This document shows, one piece after another, positions 56,200 to 64,000 of a stretch of DNA of 64,000 nucleotides (position 1 is its first letter; each line of letters opens with the position of its first letter). Source of the stretch: Bacteroidota bacterium. Lineage in GTDB: Bacteria > Bacteroidota > Bacteroidia > Bacteroidales > WCHB1-69. Under the pieces are notes generated by a model. It was not told where the DNA came from and made no database searches. It was given only the letters and a program-made list of their open reading frames with translations. Location of the stretch: the NCBI GenBank assembly GCA_037130365.1, contig JBAXTE010000009.1, positions 4,452-68,451 of the forward strand, given 5' to 3'. Position numbers and translations under genes: made by a program.

Positions 56200-58173
56200 A
56201 TGACGAAGAATAACATATTGAAAGAAATTAAAGCTGCTTATCGAAGACCTTACGGGTATTTTTTTTGGCCAATTTCAGTACTTCTTTTTTTGCTAATTGC
56301 TTTTGCAATCCTTAGAGAACCAATATTTAAGCATTTTTTGTCGAATAAAATCACACAGTTTAACGAGAAATATAATGCAGAATTTTCATATCAAGATATC
56401 ACATTTCACGGATTGTCTTCAGTTTCGTTACATCAAATTACTTTACAAGAAAAATCAGCCCAACCATTACTTGTGGCCGATAAAATTGATATAGAGATTG
56501 ATTTCTGGAAGTTGTTATGGCGTAGATTATCCATTGAAAGTATTAATATTGATAATTGTACCATCTCGATGTTTAGAAATCAAACACTAGATAATTTCAG
56601 CTTTTTATTCAAAGGAAAAAAAGAAGATTCAGAAGTTGATACGCCTAAAAAAACCGTTGCTCAAACGGTAGAACATTTATTCGATATGCTCTTTGATTTG
56701 ATTCCAAAAAAGTTAGTCGTAAACAATTTTAATTTGGGCTATGCTAATGATATTCATAATATTAATATTGCTATTCCACAATTAGAATTGTTAGATAAAT
56801 CGTTTAAATGTAAAGTCTCAGTTACTGAATTTGAGCATAAAAGAACCATTGTTGCCGAAGGAATTTTAGATAAATCTAATGAACAAGCCTCCATTAAATT
56901 GTATTCTGACGACTCTCTTAACGTGGATATACCATGGTTGAAATACAGAAATAATGCGATGGTAAAATTTGACACTGCATATTTCAAGTTAAAACATAAA
57001 GTAAGAGACGATTTAAAACAAGAAGTGTCTGGAATTATGTCTGCCAAAAATATGCAGTTATATCATCGGAGAATTGCTTCTGACACTGTTTTATTGGCTG
57101 AAATAAGTAATGACTTTATTTTAAATTTTGGAGATAATGACATTGAGTTTGATAGCAATTCTACAGTTATTCTTAATCAGCTTGCCATTCATCCGTATAT
57201 ATATTACAGTCGAGGACCATCAGAACAACTTATAATGTCGTTAAATAAACCATTATTTGAGGCATCAATTTTATTCAACTCGCTTCCAAATGGTCTTTTT
57301 GACAACTTTACAGGCATTAAAGTGAGTGGTCAACTCTCCTATCATGGATATTTTAAAATGGATTTTGCAACGCCAGATTCTTTGATTTTTGAATCGGATT
57401 TAAAGCAACGAAACTTCAAAATTATTAAACCAGGAAGTACAGATTTTCGTAAGATCAACGAGACATTTGAGCATCATATTTTTGAAAATGACAAAGAGGT
57501 TAAATCTATCGTTTTGGGCACCGAAAACCCCAATTTTCTTCCTTTCGAGCAGATTCCAGTTTCATTAAAAAATGCCATTTTGATGTCGGAAGATGGTTGG
57601 TTTTTCGAACATGGAGGATTCTCGTTAGGTGCTTTTAGAGAGTCTATTATTGCGAATGTAAAAACCAAGCGATTTGCCCGTGGTGGCAGCACTATTTCGA
57701 TGCAATTAGTGAAAAATTTGTATTTAAATCGGAACAAAAATATTGCGCGTAAAGTAGAAGAACTCTTAATTGTATGGATGCTCGAACGACAAAAAATTAC
57801 GACCAAAGAGCGAATGTTTGAGATTTATGTGAATATAATTGAATGGGGTCCAGGAATATATGGCGCTTCCGAAGCCGCTCGATTTTATTTTAACAAAGAA
57901 GTAAGTGCGCTCACACTAGAAGAGTGTATTTATTTAGCGGCAATTATTCCCAGTCCAAAAGGATTCCTATTTTTATTTAACGATGATAGAAGTTTTAAAG
58001 AGTATATTCTTAATTATTATAAATTAGTGTTATTGAGAATGGTAGAGCACGAAAAAATTTCTCAGCAAGAAGCAGATGCCGCAATAATTCATGTTTCGAT
58101 TGTAGGCGCGGCCAAAAATTTACTCGATAATAAACACGATAGTCTTGTAAAACGACATTTAATCAAACCTTAG
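56200..58173 (+). CDS. Peptidoglycan glycosyltransferase (GT51 transglycosylase domain) with a long N-terminal extension
   Basis: 657 aa. The C-terminal GT51 motifs are MSEDGWFFEHGG and RGGSTISMQLVKN. It has an N-terminal TM helix and a domain of about 430 aa with unknown function. Confidence 0.8.
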   Translation: MTKNNILKEIKAAYRRPYGYFFWPISVLLFLLIAFAILREPIFKHFLSNKITQFNEKYNAEFSYQDITFHGLSSVSLHQITLQEKSAQPLLVADKIDIEIDFWKLLWRRLSIESINIDNCTISMFRNQTLDNFSFLFKGKKEDSEVDTPKKTVAQTVEHLFDMLFDLIPKKLVVNNFNLGYANDIHNINIAIPQLELLDKSFKCKVSVTEFEHKRTIVAEGILDKSNEQASIKLYSDDSLNVDIPWLKYRNNAMVKFDTAYFKLKHKVRDDLKQEVSGIMSAKNMQLYHRRIASDTVLLAEISNDFILNFGDNDIEFDSNSTVILNQLAIHPYIYYSRGPSEQLIMSLNKPLFEASILFNSLPNGLFDNFTGIKVSGQLSYHGYFKMDFATPDSLIFESDLKQRNFKIIKPGSTDFRKINETFEHHIFENDKEVKSIVLGTENPNFLPFEQIPVSLKNAILMSEDGWFFEHGGFSLGAFRESIIANVKTKRFARGGSTISMQLVKNLYLNRNKNIARKVEELLIVWMLERQKITTKERMFEIYVNIIEWGPGIYGASEAARFYFNKEVSALTLEECIYLAAIIPSPKGFLFLFNDDRSFKEYILNYYKLVLLRMVEHEKISQQEADAAIIHVSIVGAAKNLLDNKHDSLVKRHLIKP

Positions 58174-58302
58174 AAGTCTTGTAAAATCAAAAACCCGTTT
58201 GATACCGCTTTTAGATATAATATAGTCCATTACTTAAACATTCAATAAACAATTTAAATCTACGAGCGGCATTAGACCAATCGCTATTAAGGGCAGGAAT
58301 TT

Positions 58303-60012
58303 TCAATAATAGATTTTTGTCTTAGGTAATATTTTTTTAAGTTTCTGTTTATTATCAATACTTACATTATTGCGATACAACCCCAATTGCTCTAATTCTA
58401 AACCATTTAAAGCATTGTAAATATTGTTATAATCAAGATTTGGACAATCTCCCAATCCTAATGCCTTTAATTTTATTAATTTTGCAAATGAAATTGGAAT
58501 TGTTTTTATTTCTTGATTTCCACCTAACCATAGCTTTTCTAAATTTTCTAATAAATGAATATTTTCCGGTATTTGTTTTATATTATTACCCATTAAATTA
58601 ATCTCTTTAATTTGTTTTAAACAAAAAAGCAAATTAAAAATGCTATCATTCAAATTATTATTACCAAAGTCCAGTTTTTCTAATTTATCAAGTAGACAAA
58701 AACTACTTGGCAAATTTGAAATATTATTATTTTGAAGATTAAGACTTTTCAAATTTTTCAGGTTAGATATTTCATCTGGAAGTTTCTCAATCTTATTATG
58801 CCACATTACAATCTCTTCAATTTTCCTCAATTTTGTCAAACCACTTGGAAATTCAATAAAGTTGTTATAACACAAATTTATTCTTGTCAATTTTGGCAAA
58901 TCACCTTCTTCAAAATCAAAATTTTGAATTTTATTACTGAATAACCGAAGATATGTAAGATTTTGCATTTTTTTTATCCCTTGTGGAAATTCTTTTAAGG
59001 AATTACCATCCAGCCATAGTACACATATTTGTTTCAATTTACTAATTTCAATTGGAATGAAATCCAAACTATTATTTGTTAAATGTAGTTCTCTTAAACT
59101 ATCTATATCAACTAATTGATTGAATAGAATTGATAATTCAATTTTTGGACAATTTGAAATACTAAGTTCTTTCAAATGAGTCAATTTTTTAATAGTTTCT
59201 GGCAATATTTTTATACTATCATTTCCAATCCACAAAGTAGTCAAACTTAATATAGTGCTTATTTCTTTTGGATAACTTTTCACTTGGTTTTGATATAGGC
59301 TCAATTTTTTTAAATTATGAAATTTACTTAGTAATTTAAAAGTTTTGCTCCAATTTAAGTTGGAACAATTTTCAATACTTATTGAACTTAAATTTTCGAA
59401 AGTTAAAATTTTGCTTGGTAATTTGTCAAAGTTTTGAAAACTTATTTCAGTAATTTTATCAGCATAAATATAAGCGCTATCAAGTAACAAAAATTCTTTT
59501 TTGTCAATTGTTTTTGCTTTTATTTTAATTTTAGTTTTAAATGAATCGGACTTGTATTTTTTATTATATATTTTAATTTCTTGTTTAACTTTGATTGGGG
59601 TGCCTTGTAATTTTTTATAGTAACAACTTAATATAAAATCACTCATTTCATCTGGATGTTTAAATTTTAAGTTTAACATATAAACCTGTAATCTCGAACC
59701 CGCCCATAGTCCCCAATTATTTCTAATCCACATTCCTAAACTAAGGTGAGCTGTCCCAGTAAAGTCATCTTCCGTCATTTTTTTTATTTCTAATTTTAGA
59801 CTATCACATAATAAAATATTCAATTGACTAAAGCAGTCAGATATGTCTTTTGGAATATAAATTCCGTTTATCGTATCTTTTTGAATAAGATTTTTATATT
59901 CTATGATTTCAGTTTTATTAGTGTTTTGAGCATTAATTCCAAAATATTGAAATGTAAAAATCAAAAATAATATTAGATAAATTTTGTTTTTTTTAATCAT
60001 GGTTATTTTCAT
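58303..60012 (-). CDS. Leucine-rich-repeat protein with signal peptide
   Basis: 569 aa. The C-terminal two-thirds consist of tandem LxxLxLxxNxL repeats of about 23 aa (e.g. LKELSISNCPKI, LRELHLTNNSLDFIP). Confidence 0.8.
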   Translation of the reverse strand: MKITMIKKNKIYLILFLIFTFQYFGINAQNTNKTEIIEYKNLIQKDTINGIYIPKDISDCFSQLNILLCDSLKLEIKKMTEDDFTGTAHLSLGMWIRNNWGLWAGSRLQVYMLNLKFKHPDEMSDFILSCYYKKLQGTPIKVKQEIKIYNKKYKSDSFKTKIKIKAKTIDKKEFLLLDSAYIYADKITEISFQNFDKLPSKILTFENLSSISIENCSNLNWSKTFKLLSKFHNLKKLSLYQNQVKSYPKEISTILSLTTLWIGNDSIKILPETIKKLTHLKELSISNCPKIELSILFNQLVDIDSLRELHLTNNSLDFIPIEISKLKQICVLWLDGNSLKEFPQGIKKMQNLTYLRLFSNKIQNFDFEEGDLPKLTRINLCYNNFIEFPSGLTKLRKIEEIVMWHNKIEKLPDEISNLKNLKSLNLQNNNISNLPSSFCLLDKLEKLDFGNNNLNDSIFNLLFCLKQIKEINLMGNNIKQIPENIHLLENLEKLWLGGNQEIKTIPISFAKLIKLKALGLGDCPNLDYNNIYNALNGLELEQLGLYRNNVSIDNKQKLKKILPKTKIYY

Positions 60013-60031
60013 TAATGCCCTTAACTAGGGT

Positions 60032-60061
60032 AAAAAAAACCGTTTGATAAATCTCAAACGG
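60032..60061 (-). terminator. Rho-independent terminator (minus strand) after the 149-aa lipoprotein gene
   Basis: CCGTTTGA-TAAATC-TCAAACGG stem-loop, with A8 on the plus strand (a T-run on the minus strand). Confidence 0.7.
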
Positions 60062-60120
60062 GAAATCTAGTATTTTAAGAAAAGTCAATTTTATTAATAA
60101 TTTCTTGCGGTTTTAGAAAT

Positions 60121-60570
60121 TTATTTTTTTACTCTTTTTAATTCAAGATACTTTGCATCACACTTACTGAAATTGGTGTATTTATTCATCGAATTTCCTT
60201 CGTTTTGAATCAACAAGGTTTCATTTTCATATTTTGCTTCAACATCGCCTTTTGGGCTCTTTCCATTGATAGCAAGAAGATTCAAATAAACTTCATTTTC
60301 TTGTTTAATAATTTCAATGTTGCCTTTTGTTTTTCCTGAAGTGTAGGTAAAATTTGTATCCTTTTTTTGAATTTCAATTGTTAGATCACAAACGGATTTA
60401 TCTGTAATTGAATAGGTTCCACTATAATCAAATGCAACTGTAGCTTTAACAGCTTCTGTCTTTACACTGTCTTTTTGTTCCACTTTTTTATCACTATTGT
60501 TGTTTGTGCATGAACCTAAAAGTATCGAGATTGCAATTATTCCTATTGCTAAAAAATTATGTTTTTTCAT
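60121..60570 (-). CDS. Lipoprotein, function unknown
   Basis: 149 aa with a lipobox (ILLGSCTNN). Confidence 0.7.
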   Translation of the reverse strand: MKKHNFLAIGIIAISILLGSCTNNNSDKKVEQKDSVKTEAVKATVAFDYSGTYSITDKSVCDLTIEIQKKDTNFTYTSGKTKGNIEIIKQENEVYLNLLAINGKSPKGDVEAKYENETLLIQNEGNSMNKYTNFSKCDAKYLELKRVKK

Positions 60571-60613
60571 CTGTTTTTGTGTTTATTGAGATTATTTACT
60601 GTTTTTTAGACAA

Positions 60614-61237
60614 TCAAGGTGCCCATTGTCTGTGAGAAATTCCAATTAAATAAGCATTGTTATTTTCGTTTTTAAAAATCAATGTCAACGCTTTCCAATC
60701 TAGACCGTCATATTTTTTGCCATCTCCAGCATAGTAATATTCAACAAATTGAGACTTTGGATAAACGTTTTTTATTGTTCGTGTAGGTTCTACAGAATTA
60801 GTTACTTTATTTAACTCTTTTTTTGCAAGTTTGATAAAATCAACATCATACACAAATTGATCGAAATAATTATTGATACTTAAATTTATTGGGTCACCAA
60901 TTCCTTCATCAACACCCCATTTAAATTTCTTTTTAGATTTACTTAGCTCTAAAATCAGATCTTTGGTAAGGACTTTATCATTTTTCACATCTATAATTGA
61001 TGTTGCTGAAAAACGAACTCCTTCGGTTGGGTGAACAAAATTTGCTAAGGCTTCATAATTTTTTTCTTTGATGGCAATCATAATTTTTTCGGAGACAACC
61101 TTTAAATCAATTTCAGCAAGTGTGTCAACTTTTGAAATGGTGTCTGTTTGAGATTTAGTGCTTTTGCCTTCCGAATTACATGATGTAAAACTTACTGATG
61201 CCGCAATTAACATGAGTGATAAAAAATTGAATTTCAT
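60614..61237 (-). CDS. Lipoprotein, function unknown
   Basis: 207 aa with a lipobox (VSFTSCNSE). Confidence 0.7.
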   Translation of the reverse strand: MKFNFLSLMLIAASVSFTSCNSEGKSTKSQTDTISKVDTLAEIDLKVVSEKIMIAIKEKNYEALANFVHPTEGVRFSATSIIDVKNDKVLTKDLILELSKSKKKFKWGVDEGIGDPINLSINNYFDQFVYDVDFIKLAKKELNKVTNSVEPTRTIKNVYPKSQFVEYYYAGDGKKYDGLDWKALTLIFKNENNNAYLIGISHRQWAP

Positions 61238-61489
61238 TTTTGATGTTTTTTAGTGATTACTTCAAATTGACACAAATATTATAAGTTATTAAAGATAAGA
61301 TACTTAATAAATATTTTACGTAAACAATACCCTCAATTATATCTTATCAACTATGAATAGTTGCATGAACGCAAAGATAATAATAAATAATTCAACTTAT
61401 CAAAATCAATTATTTTTAAAAATCTTTTAACATACAGTTTTGATTTGCATTCAAAAATGAAAATCTTATTGAATAATTTTAAAATAATG

Positions 61490-61497
61490 TATCTTTG
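61490..61497 (+). promoter_or_regulatory. -7 promoter box (TATCTTTG) for glmM
   Basis: Matches TAnnTTTG and lies 30 nt upstream of the ATG at 61528. It overlaps the TTG that the ORF track used as a start. Confidence 0.5.
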
Positions 61498-61527
61498 CAG
61501 TCTAAAAAAAAAACCAATAAAACGACT

Positions 61528-62919
61528 ATGTCACTTATAAAATCAATCTCTGGAATTAGAGGAACTATTGGAGGAAAACCAGGCAACAACCTTACTCCCA
61601 TAGATATTGTAAAATTTACGGCTTCTTTTATTTCTTTCATTAAACAACAAACAGGTAAAAAACATCTCAAAATTACCATTGGTCGTGATGCCCGTATATC
61701 TGGAGATATGGTAAACCGGTTAGTTTGTGGCACTGCTATGTCGATGGGTTGCGATGTGTGTGATATTGGACTTAGCACCACTCCTACCGTTGAAATGGAA
61801 GTTGTTGGTTCTCAATCAGATTGTGGAATTATTATTACTGCGAGTCATAATCCAACTCAATGGAATGCGTTAAAACTTCTCAACAATAAGGGAGAATTTA
61901 TCAATGCAGAAGAAGGAGCTCAAGTTCTTGCTTTAGCCGAAAACGAATCATATCTATATAGTGAGGTTATGAAACTTGGTTCATATCTTCAGGTAGAAAA
62001 TGCTATTGATCGCCATATAGACCAAGTACTTGCACTTGAACTAGTTGATGTAAAAGCAATAAAAACTGCTAACTTTAAAGTAGCCATTGATTGTGTAAAT
62101 TCAACTGGTGGTATCGCACTTCCAAAACTTTTAAAAGCCTTAGGAGTATCTCAGGTAACAGAATTATATTGTGACCCAAATGGTCATTTTCCACATAATC
62201 CAGAACCACTTCCAGAAAACCTTACTGAAATCAGCAACCTAATAAAAAAATCAGATATTAACGTAGGTTTTGTGGTAGATCCAGATGTTGACCGTTTAGC
62301 TATTGTTTGCGAAAATGGTGAAATGTTTGGCGAAGAGTACACATTAGTTGCGATAGCCGATTACATTTTAAAACACACTCCAGGAAGCACAGTTTCAAAT
62401 CTTTCTTCTACTAGAGCATTGCGAGATGTAACCGAAAAGCAAGGACAATCGTATTCTGCTTCTGCAGTTGGTGAAGTCAATGTGGTTGAACTTATGAAAT
62501 CAACACAAGCAGTTATTGGTGGTGAAGGCAACGGTGGTGTTATCTATCCAGAACTTCATTACGGACGTGATTCTTTAGTTGGAATAGCACTTTTTCTGAC
62601 TCATTTGGCAAAATCAGGAAAAACTTGTTTATCACTTCGTAGCACTTATCCCGATTATTTTATCTCAAAAAACAAAATAGAACTTGCTCCAGATATGGAT
62701 GTAGATGCAATTTTGATTAGCATCCAAGATCGATATAAAAAGCAACCTATTAATACAATTGATGGTGTAAAAATTGAGTTTGATAAACAATGGATACACC
62801 TACGCAAATCAAACACAGAGCCAATTATTCGAATTTATTGCGAAAGCAATTCTATGACGACTGCGGAACATTTGGCAAACAAAATAATTTCCGATATTAA
62901 AGAAATTGTATCTCAATAG
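61528..62919 (+). CDS. glmM: Phosphoglucosamine mutase
   Basis: The active-site Ser context is IIITASHNP and the Mg-binding loop is VVDPDVDRLA. The ATG start at 61528 (MSLIKSISGIRG) is preferred. Confidence 0.9.
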   Translation: MSLIKSISGIRGTIGGKPGNNLTPIDIVKFTASFISFIKQQTGKKHLKITIGRDARISGDMVNRLVCGTAMSMGCDVCDIGLSTTPTVEMEVVGSQSDCGIIITASHNPTQWNALKLLNNKGEFINAEEGAQVLALAENESYLYSEVMKLGSYLQVENAIDRHIDQVLALELVDVKAIKTANFKVAIDCVNSTGGIALPKLLKALGVSQVTELYCDPNGHFPHNPEPLPENLTEISNLIKKSDINVGFVVDPDVDRLAIVCENGEMFGEEYTLVAIADYILKHTPGSTVSNLSSTRALRDVTEKQGQSYSASAVGEVNVVELMKSTQAVIGGEGNGGVIYPELHYGRDSLVGIALFLTHLAKSGKTCLSLRSTYPDYFISKNKIELAPDMDVDAILISIQDRYKKQPINTIDGVKIEFDKQWIHLRKSNTEPIIRIYCESNSMTTAEHLANKIISDIKEIVSQ

Positions 62920-62922
62920 CTT

Positions 62923-64000
62923 ATGCAAACCATCTATTTCGACCACGCTGCAACCACTCCTATCAATCAGGAAGTTTTTGATGTTTTGATGGCAAAAACC
63001 AAAGAAATTATTGGAAATCCATCTTCAACGCATGCGTTAGGACAAAAAGCGCGGGTAGAAATTGAGCAAGCCAGAAATACGATTGCAAAATTATTAGGGG
63101 TTAGCGGATCAGAAATTTATTTTACTTCTGGCGCTACAGAAGCCATCAACATGATTATTAGAGGAGTTGCTGATTCAAAAAAAATCGATAAAATTATTGT
63201 ATCATCACTCGAACATCACGCTGTTTTACATGCATTGCAACATCTTCCTTTCCCCATTTCTATTGAATTTGTAGATCATAATCAACAGGGTATAATTGAT
63301 TTATCTCATCTTGATACGCTTTTAACTAATAGTAATCAGGCATTTGTAATTATTATGAATGTGAATAATGAGATAGGAAACATTAATCCAGTGGAACAAA
63401 TTGCATCGATATGTAAGCGACATCATGCATTATTTTTTTCAGATATGGTGCAGGCAGTTGGAAAAACTGTGTTTTCGTTAGCAAATGTTGACTTTGCTTC
63501 GTTCTCTGCTCATAAATTTAACGGTCCCAAAGGAGTTGGATTTGCATTTATTCGTTCCGGAAACAAAATTGAGCCACTACTTTATGGTGGTAGTCAAGAA
63601 CAAAATATGCGTGCTGGCACCGAAAATCTTCCAGCAATAGTGGCTATGGCTAAGGCTTTAACCTTAGTTTTTGAGCAATTTAATGAGAATTTCAATTATT
63701 TAACCTCATTAAAAGTCCAATTGGTAGAAAAACTAAAAACAAACTTTCCTACAATATCTTTTCATGGCACTTCTGAATTTGATGGAGTTCCAAATATTAT
63801 CAATTTCACGCTTCCTGATTTTAAGGATATGGAAATTCTTCACATTCTATTGGATATCAATGGAGTATGTATTTCGCAAGGAAGCGCATGTTCTTCTGGC
63901 TCTAATCAAAAATCAGTTGTAATCAGTGCTTTAAAAAATGGATCAGAGCAAGCCATTCGAATTTCATTCGGGATTAATAATACGATTACCGATATCAATT
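62923..64000 (+). CDS. Cysteine desulfurase (class V aminotransferase, NifS/IscS-like); 3' end outside window
   Basis: The hand-translated frame is open from the ATG at 62923 to the window end: MQTIYFDHAATTPI...GATEAINM...SAHKFNGPKGVG (PLP-Lys motif). It is absent from the ORF track because no stop falls inside the window. Confidence 0.88.
   Translation, partial: MQTIYFDHAATTPINQEVFDVLMAKTKEIIGNPSSTHALGQKARVEIEQARNTIAKLLGVSGSEIYFTSGATEAINMIIRGVADSKKIDKIIVSSLEHHAVLHALQHLPFPISIEFVDHNQQGIIDLSHLDTLLTNSNQAFVIIMNVNNEIGNINPVEQIASICKRHHALFFSDMVQAVGKTVFSLANVDFASFSAHKFNGPKGVGFAFIRSGNKIEPLLYGGSQEQNMRAGTENLPAIVAMAKALTLVFEQFNENFNYLTSLKVQLVEKLKTNFPTISFHGTSEFDGVPNIINFTLPDFKDMEILHILLDINGVCISQGSACSSGSNQKSVVISALKNGSEQAIRISFGINNTITDIN

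Noticed and set aside
58195-60049. A shared 10-mer CCGTTTGATA, preceded by an A-run, on both sides of the LRR gene (58195-58204 and 60040-60049), as a possible insertion signature.
   Set aside because: It is too short to distinguish from chance. The right copy is half of an ordinary terminator hairpin, and there is no recombinase or other sign of mobility.
1-64000. The many 60-140-aa ORFs nested in or antisense to long genes. Examples are 181..414, 3878..4165, 5048..5719, 8174..9364, 10999..11863, 24535..24966, 38791..39168 and 47834..48226.
   Set aside because: Each lies wholly inside a longer ORF that has clear family motifs. Their hydrophobic or low-complexity composition is typical of shadow frames, and no independent signal supports them.

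Overview
AT-rich chromosomal segment that looks like Bacteroidota. The support is repeated TAnnTTTG -7 promoter boxes in front of genes and RNA genes, many lipobox or signal-peptide proteins, and TPR and LRR proteins. The housekeeping backbone contains ligA, an EamA transporter, a nitroreductase, a Nudix hydrolase, fabG, a VWA membrane protein, a DUF218 protein, an M48 peptidase, clpC, gyrA, SRP RNA, tsaC, a class-III aminotransferase, an ECF sigma factor, uvrA, a THUMP methyltransferase, a radical-SAM enzyme, two tRNA-Leu genes, a GT51 transglycosylase, glmM and a cysteine desulfurase. Directly 3' of a tRNA-Met(CAU) gene, an integrative island of about 19.4 kb (4401-23839) interrupts this backbone. 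It is bounded by a 12-bp direct repeat of the tRNA 3' end. The island carries: (1) a large serine recombinase whose ORF runs across the left junction into the tRNA; (2) a MerR-like protein; (3) a translationally coupled type I R-M operon, hsdR-orf228-hsdM-hsdS, with an extra embedded ORF; (4) a tightly packed six-gene cluster (13662-20620) of uncharacterised proteins; (5) an ORF-free, C-rich stretch of about 1 kb containing recurring short motifs; (6) a long nested hairpin; (7) three small ORFs. The six-gene cluster is the best candidate for an undescribed anti-phage or defence system. By motif, it contains a GHKL ATPase fused to a PD-(D/E)xK module, a protein with a proteasome/HslV-like Thr1-Asp17-Lys32 N-terminus, a protein with an Rx4H (HEPN-like) motif, and two more PD-(D/E)xK-like proteins. 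All functional calls rest on motifs read from the translations, because no searches could be run. I saw no CRISPR array, rRNA, transposase or reverse transcriptase.
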